Below are positions 39,001-54,000 of a stretch of 64,000 nucleotides of DNA, piece after piece (the first letter of the stretch is position 1; each line of letters opens with the position of its first letter). Both the position numbers and the translations under genes were made by a program. The DNA is taken from positions 23,188,001-23,252,000 of the forward strand of contig CM068747.1 in the NCBI GenBank assembly GCA_035084275.1. The letters run 5' to 3'. Origin of the DNA: Hydrolagus colliei. Lineage: Eukaryota. The notes under the pieces were generated by a model, which was not told the DNA's origin, searched no databases, and saw only the letters and a program-made list of their open reading frames with translations.

Positions 39001-42000
39001 TAATAAGTCTTAAACAAATGAGGATTTCATTCCAGATAATAGGGTAGTTATCACAACTTTTTGGTCATACATATATGACCAAAAGGTTGTGGCAATTACC
39101 CTATTACCTAACATAAAATCCTCATCTATTTAAGACTTATTAGACATTGAAATTGTATCATGACGTTTTGATCATCGCGTGTGTGTCTGTGTATGTGTGT
39201 GAGTTATTATACTTTTACTCGATTCTCAATTCATATTGTATGTACGAATATTAACAATTTACTTTTTTTTTGTTGCTCTGTTCAGGCGTCGATATTGTGA
39301 TCCCCCTTAAAGATCTTCACGTTGTTGAAGGGACAAAGGCAGTTTTAGAATGCAAAGTCTCAGTCCCGCATATTACGTCCTTCAAGTGGTTCTTTAACGA
39401 CGAACAGATTCAGTTGAACGACCGGTTGCAGAGTGTGGCCAAAGGAGCTAAGCAGCGGCTGGCGATCAACAGGACATTTGCTTCTGATGAAGGGCACTAC
39501 AAGCTTGTCATTGGCAAAACTGAAACTAGCTGCAAACTCACAGTTGAACGTAGGTGCCCCCGTTTATATATCACAACAACAACAAAATTACATTTGTATA
39601 GCGCCTTTCACGTCGGGAGGATATCCCAAGCTGCCGAAATATATGAAATTGGTTGAGGGATTTGCTTTATTGATTTATTTTTATTAACACTTTGTTTTAA
39701 CCCTCTGCTCTTCCTTGTCCACTTCATTCCCTATCTTCAGATCGCGCCTGACGATCTTCCTATTTGACCGTGCCTACGGTCACCTCCCCATTCCTCTCCC
39801 CTCCCACCCACTGCCGGCTTGGTGTCGTGCTCCGTCACTGTCAAGTTCTCTGGGACGCTACCCTGTGCTATATAAGTGCAAGTTGTTGTTTTCAGAATGT
39901 GTACCCTTTCTATCTAAATAGGAATCCAAATTATTCGAGGACTCAAGAACGTGACCTGCACAGAGACGCAGAACATAACGTTCGAGGCCGAGTTGTCTCA
40001 CGCAGGGATCGACGTGGCGTGGATGTTCCGAAGCCAAGAACTCAAACCAGGTCCCAACTGCAAGGTGGAAACACACGGCAAAATCTACAAGTTGATCCTG
40101 CTGAACGTCATGAAAGATGAGGAGGGAGAATACACATTTTCTGCTGGCGATAAGATCTCGAAAGCAAACCTGATAGTCTCAGGTAGGAAGTGATTTCTCC
40201 TATTAGTTTCCAAGTGCAAGTTTACAAGTCGAACACTTCCAATGAAGTCTGAGTCAAAGCTAGAGAAAAGCTTTGTTAGAATTTGTATTAACAGGGTCCT
40301 TGTTGCACAGTATTATTAATCATTCATTCTATCCAGGAAGATATTTTGCTTCATTCTGTTATTTATGTACGCCTGCAGGTGGTGCTATCAGCAAGCCTCT
40401 CATGGATCAAACTGTGGCTGAATCACAGCAAGCAATCTTTGAATGTGAAGTTGCCAGTGAATACTCTGAGGGAATATGGCTGAGGGATGGCAAGCCAATA
40501 AACTTCACTAACGTAATCCGAAAAGAAAATGTTGGAGTTAGGAGACGTCTCATATTTGAGATCACCAAGTCTGAAGATGCAGCTGAATATTCATACCAAA
40601 TTGCAACCTCTAAGACATCTGCTCAACTGAAGGTTGAAGGTCAGTATTAATAATAATAATCCTTGCATTTGATATAGCAGTTTTCACATCTTCTAGATAT
40701 CTCAAAGTGCTTCACAGAATATACTGTAATGTGAATTGACTGTATATTGTTGGGTGAATCGCAGCAGCCAATTGCGCACAGCAGTGTCCCACAAACAATT
40801 ATGGATTAAAAGAATAAAGGAGATACCTTTATTTGTGGACACTTGGTTAAGAAATAGAGATGTCATTTGAAACATTCCTGCTTTTTTTTTCATTGATACT
40901 TCAAGCACCAAATTGAAATACAAAATGTTAATATATTTAGTTAAATAATAATTGCCCCCCTATCCACTCCATTTGTGAGCTATGGAAGTAAACTTGTTCT
41001 AATTAATGCTTTGGCTACTTTTAAATGATTATCACAAGCCTAGAACATGCTTTAAATATTCATAATTATATAAGTGTGTCACTTTCCTCAGACTCGATTG
41101 AAATTCCCTTGATGTTGATGAGGATTTAAATTCATTGGACTATTTCATTCCTAAATACTGCTGTTACAATTGAAGTGTCTAGAGTGATTAGCGATATGAA
41201 TCAGTCTGTCAGGGCCATAAAATGTCATCACCATGTTTAAAGTACCATTACATGGCAGATTTATGGCTGCAATAAGATTAAGTACTTATTCTGATTGCAT
41301 GGTTTTGAATACACTTGATACATTTCATGCTGCTGTTTTTTAATGCCTTTAGTTTTCTAATTTTTTCTTGATCATCTAAAGTCCTTCGGAAGAATCGTTA
41401 AAACCAATGTCCCATCTGTCTGATTATGGGCACATTAAAGATCCTGTTGTACGCTTTGAAACGAGAAGGGAGTTCTCCTCTCTACCTATGTCCAGGCCAA
41501 CAATCCACTCAATAAAATTGGTCACTCACTCCATGGCTGTTTGTGGGATATTGCTGTGTGCAATTAGCTGCCGGTTTCGCCCACAAAACACACAGTCATT
41601 CCACTTTACAGAATATCCTGTGAAGCGCTTTGAGGCATCCTTCCGACTTGATGAGGTAGAAAGATTATTATTATTGTTGTAATAAGAAACGGTGAGTCAT
41701 TGAGGAGTGTGCTCTACAAGTGGCAATGTATCTGATGTTTCCCCAACTATGTCGTCAACCTGTGCTGAGGAACCAGTAGATTCCTTGATTTAATGCAGAT
41801 CCCAATCCTGCCTTCACCTGATGTGTGTAATCCTTGGCTAAACTTTCCTCCAACTATCCTGGCGTGTTGAGGCAGATTGTAGAGCTCCAACCACCGCAAG
41901 CTTGAGACACACTGACTCAGCCAAAGATAAGAGATCAACCTGGGATTTTCCTGGTTGGTATCTACCCACCAGGCCATCGGTGAAACCGTGACGACATATT

Positions 42001-45000
42001 CTTTATTGACCAAGAATTTTCAAACCCGATTTATGTTTTGCAAATGAGACTTTGACTTCCAACATCTTTAAACAGTGGCCTAAACATGCATTATACATGA
42101 AAATTGCTTGCGTCAAACCAATTGTATTGTTGATGATGTGTTTGTGCAGCTGTCAAGATAAAGAAAACTTTGAAGAACCAGACAGTTACAGAAACCCAAG
42201 AGGCAGGTTTTATCTTGGAACTTACACATCCAGATGTATCCGGAGCCCAGTGGATCAAAAACGGGGAAGAACTTAAATCTAGTGACAAATACGAGATTAC
42301 GGTGCAAGGACTTGTTCATACACTCAAAATTAAGAATTGTGTAGTAACAGATGAATCTGTCTACAACTTCAAACTCGGCAGATTGTCAGCCAATGCCAGG
42401 CTTCACATTGAAAGTAAGTAACAGTACTATTTGTTAATCAGGGAGTTAAGGGATACAGGACAAGGATGGGCAATTGGACTTGAGGTACAGATCAGCCATG
42501 ATCTTATAGAATAGCGGAACAGGCTCAAGCGGCTGAATGGCCTCCTCCTATTTCTCTGTTTCTATTTGTATATTTGATTTTTTGCAACATGTCAGATTTC
42601 AGATTAGAATTTCTTGTGAAGATTGCAAGACCGTAATGAAGAGTATACAATTTTTAAAAAAATTAAACTACGTCACTTGACAGTATATTTGCATGCTTTA
42701 TGGAGGTTTTCATTTGTTGTACTTGCTGAATTCATTATGTGTTAAATTAGGCTAAAACAAAATGTTATACATTGACTATAAATCTGTTGAATTATCATAA
42801 AAATACCTTGAACATTCTGGGTAACTTTTAACTTAAGAGCACCGTGGATCAATCAGGGAAATATATAACAATCACATTTTGAATTCATCGATTGTTTCCA
42901 CATGCGTTAACCGAAACATGAATAATATAACCAGAGATATATTAAATTGCGCAGTTGCAAATAAAAGTAATCTTTATTGCATGCATTGCATTCGAAGGGG
43001 AATCCCATATTTAATTTAGTCTCATATTTTGTTTTTCTGGACAATAGCTATCAAGATAGTGAAGAAACCAAAGGATGTGACTGCCATGGAAAATGGCACC
43101 GCTACTTTTGAACTTAATCTGTCGCACGATAATATCCCTGTGAAATGGATGTTCAAAAACATAGAACTCAAGCCTAACGACCGCTGCAAAGTCATTTCCG
43201 AAAGGAAAGTTCACAAGCTAGTGCTGGAGAATGTGACTCCTGTAGATGCTGGCGAGTATTCAGCCATTGTCGGACAGCTTGACTGCAAAGCGAAACTTTA
43301 CGTAGAATGTAAGTATTTCCTGTTGGTGTACAATCCTAAATATCTCGCTCTACATGTTGTATTTATACTTATTTGAGCCGCAAAGTACATAGTCACTTCA
43401 CTGTACAGTATATTCTGTGAAGTGCTTAGAGGCAGCTTGATGACGCGATAAGGCGTTGTATCAAATGCAAGGATTATTTATTATTATTCTTACATCAGTT
43501 TGGAAGCATTTAATAAAATCTTCTTTCCCTTCTCCCCAAATTTATTAAGCTGTCCACATCACTAAGACCATGAAGAATATCGAAATCCCAGAGACAAAAA
43601 CTGCCACCTTCCAGTGTGAAGTCTCCCATTTCAACGTCCCAGCCACCTGGTTGAAGAATGGTGTGGAAATTGAAATGAGTGACAAGTTCAAAGTTGTCGT
43701 GCAAGGAAAATTGCACCAGCTAGTCATTATGAATACCAGTCACCAGGATTCTGCAGAATACACCTTCATCTGTGGCAATGATAAAGTCTCTGCTACATTG
43801 ATAATCAAACGTAAGATTTCACCATTTATTTGCATGCCGTACATCTGTTGCTTTAAGTTAGCATCGGACGAGATGTTGAACAGGCAGGGTTCCTCCTGCC
43901 TGTTCAGGTGGATGTTAAAAATCTCGTGGCACTAGTCGAAAAGAGAAGGGGGTTTCTCCCAGTGTCTCAGCCAACAATTCCCCAAATGAAATTAGTCACT
44001 CACTCCATGATTGCTTTTGGGATATTGTTGTTGGGACATCCCTCATACATGTCGTCATAACAACCAGGCTCGACTATGCCAATGCCCTGCTTGTCAGCCT
44101 TTCCAACTCTTCCTTCCTCAAGCTGCAGATCATCCAGAACTCTGCATTTTGTGTCCTCTCTTGCACCGGGCTCCGTGACTCCATCACACCCACCCTCGCA
44201 TGGCTCCACTGACTTCCCATTCCTCATAACATCGAGTTCAAACTTCTCGGCCTCACGTTTGAGGCCCTCCTTGGCCTCCATGCTCTGAAACTCCATCCCA
44301 CCATTCCCGTCGCTTTGCTTCCTCCATTGGCTCCTTCAAAGCACGCCTCAAAACCCTCCGCTTCATCAGTACCTTCGGCTGCCCTCCACTCTTCTTAATC
44401 CCAACACCCCCCCCGCCCTTCTTCCCGCTCGGGTCCTGATCCCTGATTGTTCAGCAACACGGATGTCCTCCCGACATGAAACACACTTTACAAGTGTAAT
44501 TTTCTATTGGATTATTTTGCACAACTGGTTGCCACGTTTCGCCCACAAAATACACAGTGAATGCGCTTTACAGTATATTGTCTGAAGAGCTTTGAGACGT
44601 CTCAACGACTTGATATAAGGTGCAATATCAAATGCCAAGAACATTATTATTACTAAGTATAACATTAATTTTAAACTGCATTTTGTGCAATTTGTATTTA
44701 AAAACTGCAGCACCACGCATGTCGGTGATTGTTCCCTTTGCAAATAATGTGCAACTTACTTTCTTCAGCAATCTTAATAACATCCATGCTGAAGGACATA
44801 AATGCGCAGGAGAAAGACACCGTTACCTTTGAGATAACAGTCAACTATGAAGGGATTACTTACAAATGGCTGAAGAATGGGAAAGAGATCAAATCAACAG
44901 AGAGATGCCAGATAAAGACCAAACAAACCAAACACTCTCTCACCGTCCGAAACATTCACTTTGGTGATGCTGCAGAGTACGCCTTCACTGCTGGGTCAGC

Positions 45001-48000
45001 AGCATCGACAGCACAGTTATTTGTGGAAGGTAATGACTTGGAGTTATCCATTTGTTCATCCTGTAGCTCAGTGGTTAGAGCACTGACCTTACAAGCGTGA
45101 GACCTGTGTTCGAATCCAAGCAGCTCAGGGCGAAACCCTGGGCAGGTTTCCTTACTCCATGTGCCTAATAATAATCCGTCAAAACAAAACGCAATAATAA
45201 AAATTGGTCATTTCAATCTACGACTGTTTGTAGGACACTGCTGTGTGCAATTGGCTGCCGCATTTTGCCCACAAATATACAGTCAATTCACTTTACAGTA
45301 TATTTCTGTGAAGCGCTTTGAGACGTCAATAAGATGTGAAAAAGCGCTATATCAAATGCAAGGATTATTATGTGTCTTTTTATGTCCAAAAATAATCCTT
45401 AAAACAATATACTTAAAGTAGTCATGTGTTCTCACAACCTAATGTGCTTCCCTTCTGCAGCTCGTCACATTGAATTTAGGAAGCACATCAAAGACATCAA
45501 AGTCATCGAGAAGAAAAAGGCTACCTTTGAATGTGAAATCTCAGAGCCTGGCATCGCAGTGCAGTGGATGAAAGATGAGGACGAAATCCTGCACTCTGAC
45601 AGGTACATAATTGACTCATGCCCCTATTAAGGAGTCCGGGACCCTACCCCGCGTGAAAGTTGTTGTTGTTTACCTGCCGAATAAATGTGATGAAAACACA
45701 GATGGACGGTTACAGTTTGATTGCTTTTGATTTGCAGAGTGAAGATTCAAAGCGAAAAGTTTGTCCATCGTCTCACCATTCCCGTGGTAAAGTTTTCCGA
45801 TGCCGGAAAATACAGAGTTATAGCAGGAGGAAGTGTATCGTCTGCCACGTTGTATGTGGAATCTCGTCATATTGAGATCTCAAAACCTATCAGTCGAGAA
45901 ATTAAGGTACTTTTTGTTTTCAGCTTGAGCCAAAAACTTTTACAGCGATCCCACACTACAGAAATGTCATACTGTTTTAGGACATGAAGGGTACATAGAA
46001 TATTTATAGTTTCTACGCTGTTCTTAAACATTATTGTGACAAAAGCTTAACTTTTTGGGGGTTAGGTTCTTGACAAGAAACGAGCCGTTGTTGAATTTGA
46101 AGTCAATGAAGATGATGTGGAAGCTCAGTGGCTCAAGGATGGAATTGAGATCAATTTTCAGCTTGAGGAACGCTACAGATACATTGTGCAAAGACGTGTC
46201 CATCGCATGACCATTACCGAAACAAGAGTCTCAGACACTGGTGAATACACCTTTGTTGCTGGAAAAAATCGCAGTTCTGTGACACTCTACGTTAACGGTA
46301 CGTATCGCATCGATCCTTGCAACTTTTTTTCTGATTGTACACTTAAAGTATGGAGCAAAAACTCACCGGAGATTTTATCAGTAGAAGAGAGAAACACAAT
46401 TCTCTGGAAACATAAAAATCTACAGCATTAGAAGGAGGCACAGAATTTCCCAGAAACATAAATATTTACTGCTCTTAATATGTACCTCTTTCGTACATTC
46501 TACCATTCACTTTTGTGAATGATTTCCACGGAAACTTTTATTCTCCAGTGTGTTTATTGCTAGAAAAAAAAATTATGCATTGAGTAAAAGCACTCAAAGA
46601 AGCTATGGCGCATTAACAACAAGAACCAGCACTTACTATATAGCACCTTCCATGTAGGGTGTAGCATCTCAGAGCGCTTATTAAGGGCACTGTATTAATG
46701 CAGGTTCTTGTGGCAAAGTTTTACAAAAGAGATGGGTTTGGGTGGGCACAAAGTAGTGAGATGGAACCGATGGACAATATTAATCTTTTGCTTGTTACCG
46801 TTTCAGCCGCTGACCCACCTTGTTTTGTCTCTGAGCTGGAACCGTGCGCCGTAAGGGCAGGCGAACCCGCTCGCTTCTGCGGTATGATATCAGGCACACC
46901 CAAATTAGAGATATCGTGGTACAAAGATGATCAGAAACTTGCTGCGGGATTTAAACGCAAGTTCCTCCATGACGGGAATCAGTACACGCTGCTGCTAATT
47001 GAAGTGTTCCCTGAGGACGCGGGTTTGTACAAATGTGAAGCAGCCAACGAGGTTGGAGTGGCTGTTAGTGGTGCTTCACTTGACGTCGAAGGTAAATTTG
47101 ATAAAAATGTATTCCTTTGCACCCCAGCTATTGACTGCTGCAATAGTTCCCATCTGCGTTTGCCTATCTCACGTCTGTATGATTTCACACTTTGCTGCGG
47201 ATTTAAGTTGTCAAGTTTGAAGCTGCCCACGACAGTAAATATGTGCGAATGATTAATTCATGCATATATTTACTTCTGTATTGCACAGTTGATGAACAAC
47301 TGCTTTGAGCAGTTCCGTGTGGTGCAAAAACATAGCAGTTTACACCGAGTTTCTTTTTTCTTATCTAAACAGTCCCCGAAGTTGCTTCTCCTGAAGCAGA
47401 GATGACCGTGTTTCCACCAACCGTCATAACGCCCATCCAGAGCACTTCCACTGCTGAGGGAAAGCCCGCTTACTTCCAATGTCGCGTTACTGGTTCAGGT
47501 ACTTTCCGCGTTAACAATGTTTGTCTGATTAATCAACAGCGAGGTTTATAATGCCAAACACACTTTTGTAATGTATACATCTGGGGGTTGCTTAATTGGC
47601 GTACTGTTTGCTTTCGTGAATTAGCGCATTATCCTTTCATTGGAGACGGACAGCTGGCTTTGAATCAGACCTAAATGGATGAGAGGAAAAGTCCCACTTA
47701 TCTGCTGATGATAAAACTCCCCTTCGAAATCGGTCTTGCGAGTCTCAGTTCTGTACATATTGGACATGATGATTTGGTGCAATTGCCCACAAAATACACA
47801 CCTTTTTCCACAATATGCCTCGTGAAGCACTTTGAGACATCTCCACAATGTGACGAGACGCCAAATAGAATGGAATTATTATGATGGTTCCATAGCCTAA
47901 ATCTGCCTGCTGTGTGCTCTTGTGAGGTTTGGCTCAGCCACATTGTTGAGGGAGAACAACGAGAACCTTGATGCCCATGTGCTTTCAAGCAGGAATCACT

Positions 48001-51000
48001 GAATGTATCAATTATTCCAACTTGTGCTTGTGTAAGGTCTTTCCTGAAGGATGTTGTGCGGGTGGCTGTATTTCCCACTGGGCAAACAAACAAACAAACA
48101 AACAAAACTTACATTTATATAGCGCCTTTCACGTCGAGAGGATGTCCCAAGGCGCTGTACAGTCAGGTAGGACAAGAGCAGGGTGGGAAGGATCAGGGCA
48201 GGATGAAGAATAGTAGGAAAAGTAACTGTATATTAGTGGGCGAAACGTGGCAGCCAAATTGTGCACAGAGTTACGAACTGAGCCATTAGGCGAAAAGCTA
48301 AACTTGTTTTATGGCAGTATGCAGACAGATTCTCCCTTTAAATCTCTAACTTCATTAGATCACTAATCTAGATCACTAGATTAGATTGTATTCCTTTCAA
48401 CAATGGTCTCTTCTAATCTATGTTATGTGGGCCATGGTTTCTGATCAAACTGCATTCTTGTGCCTTTTTAAAAAAAACATATAAATACTGTAGATCTAAA
48501 AGTGACATGGCATACTAAAGACAAGGAGATCAAGATATCACGATTCTTTAAGATGGTTCAGTTTGAAGATACGTACCAGCTGGAGATTGCTGAGGCCTAC
48601 CCAGAGGATGAAGGCCTATACACCTGCGTTGCATCCAACTCTGCTGGAAAGGTATCATGTTCCGGTACCTTAAGCCTGGGAGGTAAGATCAATACATTTT
48701 TTAACAGTTGCATATGTGTTGTCTCATGTTATTATTTTCCCACTCGTCATTGTGAATTCTGGAGCCAAGTGTTTTTGCACTTGTGGTTGTCTTCATGGTT
48801 TCCTGATGCGTTTGTCATTGTTATGTGGCATTTACTTTCATATTTATCAGCATAGTTGGACAAGAATGCTAATTTCTTGCACAACCATATGCATTTTATG
48901 CTTGTCTTCCTGTCCATCATTCATCCTTATTCTTGCACGTGCCGTCGTTTTGAAGCATTTCATCAGCTGCAGACTTCACTGAGCTCATCTTTGTTCTTGT
49001 TGCCTGCCGTCTCTCTCTGTTGTGGCATGTTGTTTTGTCACCCTTTGAGATATGCAATAGGGACCACTTGCTGTGCATACTGTGGAATTCCAGCATAAAA
49101 TCACAACCTTTATGAAGTACAGCGTGTAAAACAATATATATATCTATATATTTTTAAATGTGCTAATTGTAAAATATTCAGAAATAAAGCATTCTATTTA
49201 ATCATTTTTGTTTGGCTTTTTTTTTCTTGAGTTAAACGTCAAGACTCTGAAACGTAAAGACAAATGTTTTCTTTTGTCTTCACAAGTGCACCTAAAATAA
49301 TTCAACTTTCAGAGACGGACTACTTTTTCAATGGCAGGTTCGTCATTTCCATCTTTGCCTTGGACTGTCGTTGATAGTCAGACAATTAAAAATTTTTGAG
49401 AAGCTTCTTTCCAGGCCATTTAGAAAGGTTGAAGAAATTACATCAAAATGGCCTACTGGCTTATGTTCACATCCCAAAGGCCCATCTATCTTGAACCCAT
49501 TTCTAGCACTTCAGTGCAGTGGGGAAATGGCCAAGTTTCATGCAATAGTTCCTGGTGTTTCTAAACCAGACACCCAATGGCTTCACAATGGACAATTAAT
49601 AAAGGCACAGAAAGATACGATGTTTCAGTTTGATGAGCCTCAGAATACAACCAACCTTACAATCTTGTCTATCCCCTCTTGGGCAATATAAGTGCATAGA
49701 AAACAATAGCACTGGAGAAGCATCTAGTACTGCTATACTTATAGTAAAGGAAGGAAAAACAATGTATCCTTTGAATGGATATCTAAGACTTTTTGTGCTC
49801 ATCTTTATACTGATTTATTCCTCTTGGCTTCGCATTTCATACCACCAATCTAGCAAATGGTGCTACAATCTGATTCCATAAATGCAACATTTGGAACTCC
49901 AGTGCACATTTTCTTCTTCATCTTCTTCTTGAATACTTTCAGAGGACAACTAAACTTTCCTATTGTTTAAATGAATGCTGTTTTCTGCCAAACAACTTAC
50001 TGGATATTTTGAGGAAAGAACATGAGAGATTTCCTTAGCTGAATGAATTGGACTTCTCTAGTATGTGATCAGCATCCTGGATTTCCCTTTGGCGACATGG
50101 CTATTGATTTATCGTTTGTTAGTCATAAGGTTAATATCACCAATATTTTGTTTTTTGTCACTCAGATTACAAACTACAGAGCATAGATAGTCAGAGCTTA
50201 ACAACTTCTGGAAAAGCTGGAAAGACTTTTGAAGTATCAGAAGTGCATATGGATTCTCCCGTGACAGTAACACACACGAAGAACTATTCAGAAGAAATCA
50301 GTTCACAGCAAGGACATGTGTACAATGTTCAGACATTTGAAAGCATTTCCATGAGTTCGTCCAGCAAGACAGTTTCTTCTCAAAGTTGGGAAGGGGCCCA
50401 AGAAGTTTCAAGAACCCAAACCATCCAAGGATTTCCTCAAAAAGCTCCAAAGATCGTGCAAGCCATGAGCAGTGTCGCGGTTCCGTTAGGTGAAGCTGCG
50501 TCTCTGAAGTGTCAAATTCTGGCATTTCCTAAACCTGAAGTGACTTGGTCTAGGGAAGGTCAGGAGATTCTAGAAATGGAGAGAGTAAAGGTTGTAACTA
50601 TACCAGAAGCTGAAGTGTTAGTATCATCTGAGCTCATTATACCAAACGTCAAAGAAGAGGACGGAGGAATGTATAGGTGTAAAGCTATAAATGTTCTCGG
50701 TGAAGGTCAATGTGAAGCTGAAATAACAGTCCTTGAGGTCCCCAAGATTCTCCTTCAACTGAATGACATGCGCGTAAATTCTGGTCAGGTGGCACAGTTC
50801 ATCTGCTCTTTTCAGGAGGGATCTTTCTCGGAGGTTGTGTGGAATCATGGAGACAGAAGACTGGACGAATCAGAAAGACTGAAGATGGCTCAAAGTGAAA
50901 GCGTTCTCTCTCTCACAATCACTAATGTATGCGTAGAAGATCAGGGGGAGTATAGCTGCACTGTAAGCAACCATGCTGGAGAAGTGAAGACTGCTGCTGT

Positions 51001-54000
51001 ACTTATAGTAGAAGGTGGTTATTAATTATTATTATTATTATTATTTTTAAACAATCCTTCACCATTCCTCAATTTTAGTTTTGCCAGTGGGAGTTGGGTG
51101 GGTTGGAGGGTTCAAACTAAGTTTGGTGTCTTTTTAAGAAAATCCTAAATTTATCTTTTAACCATACTTATTTATTCAATAATAATGACATGTGGCACAG
51201 AAAGTAATATCAGAAACATTGCATCGTTGTAATTTGCTTGGATTATTGCATCCTTTATTGAATTATTAGACATTTTCAAATTGTTAATTTGTTTCAATTG
51301 CTAAGTTAACGTTTAAAATTTATCATAACTTTATTCTTACATAGCTGAAGACAAAAACATGAAAACGAGTACTAAAGTTTCCACTGATAGAGGTTCAGAT
51401 AGCACTAAAAATGAAAACATGCCAGAAATTACATCTGGTCTCAAGGACCAAACAGAATTACTGAAGAAACCATCGAGCCCACCATCAAACTCAGGCAACA
51501 AAACAACCAGAAAACAGAAGCAGCGAAGCAGAGACATCTATCCTGACGTAGTACCTTGTGATGAATTGATAGAGACTGCCATCACAGTACCTCAGTTCCT
51601 AGAAAGGCTATCTCCGCAAATCAGTGTCAAAGAAGGAGAAGACATCTCCCTGTTTTGTGTAGTGAATGCTTTGCCATCACCCTGTGTGATCTGGCTACAC
51701 AACCAACACATACTTGAAGACTCTCCATCATATTCCTTGAGGCACGATGGATTGCTCTGCTCTTTAAAGTTAAGGAAAGCCAGTCAGACTCACAGTGGCG
51801 CTTATACATGCCGGGCAGTTAATTCTGCTGGAGAAACAGCATGCAACACTCTTCTGACAGTGACAGGTTGGCAACTGCATGGTTTGATCCTTCGAATTGT
51901 GATCCTATCATGCATCTCAGCACGATTCACGGGGAAAAGAACCTATTTCAAGAAGTCGTCTTGTTGCGCTGTGGATTATTGCATTTCTCTATCTTAAATC
52001 AGATTAGGCATGTCGCGGCATGATTGACACTTTGATACGGAGCAAAAAAATACAGGAGAATGATTCATTTTTGTACGAAATCATGGATTGTCTGAATAAA
52101 GTGTTGTGAACCTGGAATCCACACGCAGCAACCACTTTTTAAACTATTTTTGCACGTGGGCATTGAATGTCTGTTTATTCCCTTTTGCATAGTTTAAGTT
52201 TTCTTAGTTTTGTGCTTCACGTTTTCATTTTGTGTTTTTGTGTGTATGAGAATATGATTTTGACGCTATGTTTTACACTTGTATTAAAACCTATCTGTTT
52301 TACGCAGCTTTTGAACAAGTGATTCAAGAGAAGATTGAACAGCAGATTGAAATGGAAGTGAGAGGTAAAAATGCTTTTTTTTACATTGACAAATATGTTC
52401 AGTTCTTCAACAGATGCTAAGACTTCATTGTACTGGTATTCATGTTATTTGTACACACTTGCTTAGTGTGGGCATCACGGATGTGGAGTCCTGTAGCTCA
52501 GTGATTTGAGCACTCGCCTTACAAGTGTGAGACCTGTGTTTCGAATCCAGGAAGGTCAGGGTGAAACCTTCGGCAAGTTTCCTTACTCCATATGCCGAAT
52601 AATAATCCGTCCAAAAAAATCTATGATAAAAATGATCATTTCAATTCACGGCTGCTTGTGGGACACTGCTGTGCGCAATTGGCTGCCGCATTTCGCCTAC
52701 ACGTATACAGTCAATTAACTTTACAGTATATTCTGTAAAGCGCTTTGAGACATCTAGAAAATGTGAAAAGCGCAATATCAAATGCAAGGATTATTATTAT
52801 TATTATCAGTGATGTATTATAGAATGTCTAAAAATGGCATGTTTTATCTGTCAACTTTGCAGTTTATTTGCAAATCAAGATTGTCTTCATCATTCTCATT
52901 GCAATGTGATGTTTCATCTTTGTTGGGTGGGGTGGGGTGGAGGGGAAATCCTTTAACATCAATATTTGTTTTACAGCAACTTTTCATTTTCCCAATAATA
53001 GTTGCTTGCATTTCAGCTGATTTCTGAAATTGGATTTGCTCATTATCATCATCATCACTCATGCATTACAAAATGGGTACCCTGAAATATGTAGTGTATT
53101 CTCGCTATTGAGGGATACAATGGGAAATGTTTCAGTAAATGCTAAGCACTCGTACTTTGATGGCTCAATGTCAGGGGGCATCTTTTAATTTAAAATGACG
53201 TGAACTGGTAGATTTGTCAAGTTTTTTTGTTGCATTTCTAACGAGCAGCTCTAAGATAAATCCTATGTGTGGTACTTAAAGCCTCTGTAGGGAATATTTT
53301 GTTAAAGGATGTTTAATCAGTCAGACACATTTTCCATTTGTGCATTGGTTTATTTTCATTCACGTGACATCAGTCTATCCTCATACCTTTACACTGGCTT
53401 GCAGATAGCAGTATGCGATAATGTTTGCTGGCTTTTTTTGCATAACACTGTGGAATTTAGCAACTGTATTAGTTCGAATAAACGCCTTCTCATGCAATTT
53501 TTGAAGGTTAATTTTATGGATGTATTCCATCTCTATGTTAAAAAATTAAAAAAGCCATAATTATCAAACTGGCTGAACAATTTATCTACTCTCAAAAGGA
53601 TCAGAAAGGGCGTTTATTCTGCTGTTTTGCAAGTCAGGTAAGCACATGTAATACTCTGCTAGAGATTTCCAAAACATTATAGGGAAAGATTTTACACAAA
53701 ATAATCCAACTCCGTCATGAGGTCACGTTATGCTTTTTGAAAATATACATTCTAATCTGATTTTTGAGAAGAAATCGCTACAGTCTGAAGAAGGAACAAA
53801 GGACGAGCGATTTTCGTGCTCAGAATCTTTAAAAAGAAAATGGTCTTGCGTTTATTCGAACAAATATGGTGAGTGAATTTTTTATAGTTTTTGTGAAAAA
53901 AGCTGATGCATTCAGTTTGCATTTAATTTTATCTTTTAAAAAAAAATTTGTACTAAATTTCATTTTTAAATTGTTTGCTAACGATTTGGGGATTTAAAAA

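Noticed and set aside
45058-45130. tRNA-like sequence with A and B boxes (also at 52488 and about 30690-30750)
   Set aside because: It is the head of a repeated SINE, continuous with the SINE body and tail, not a tRNA gene
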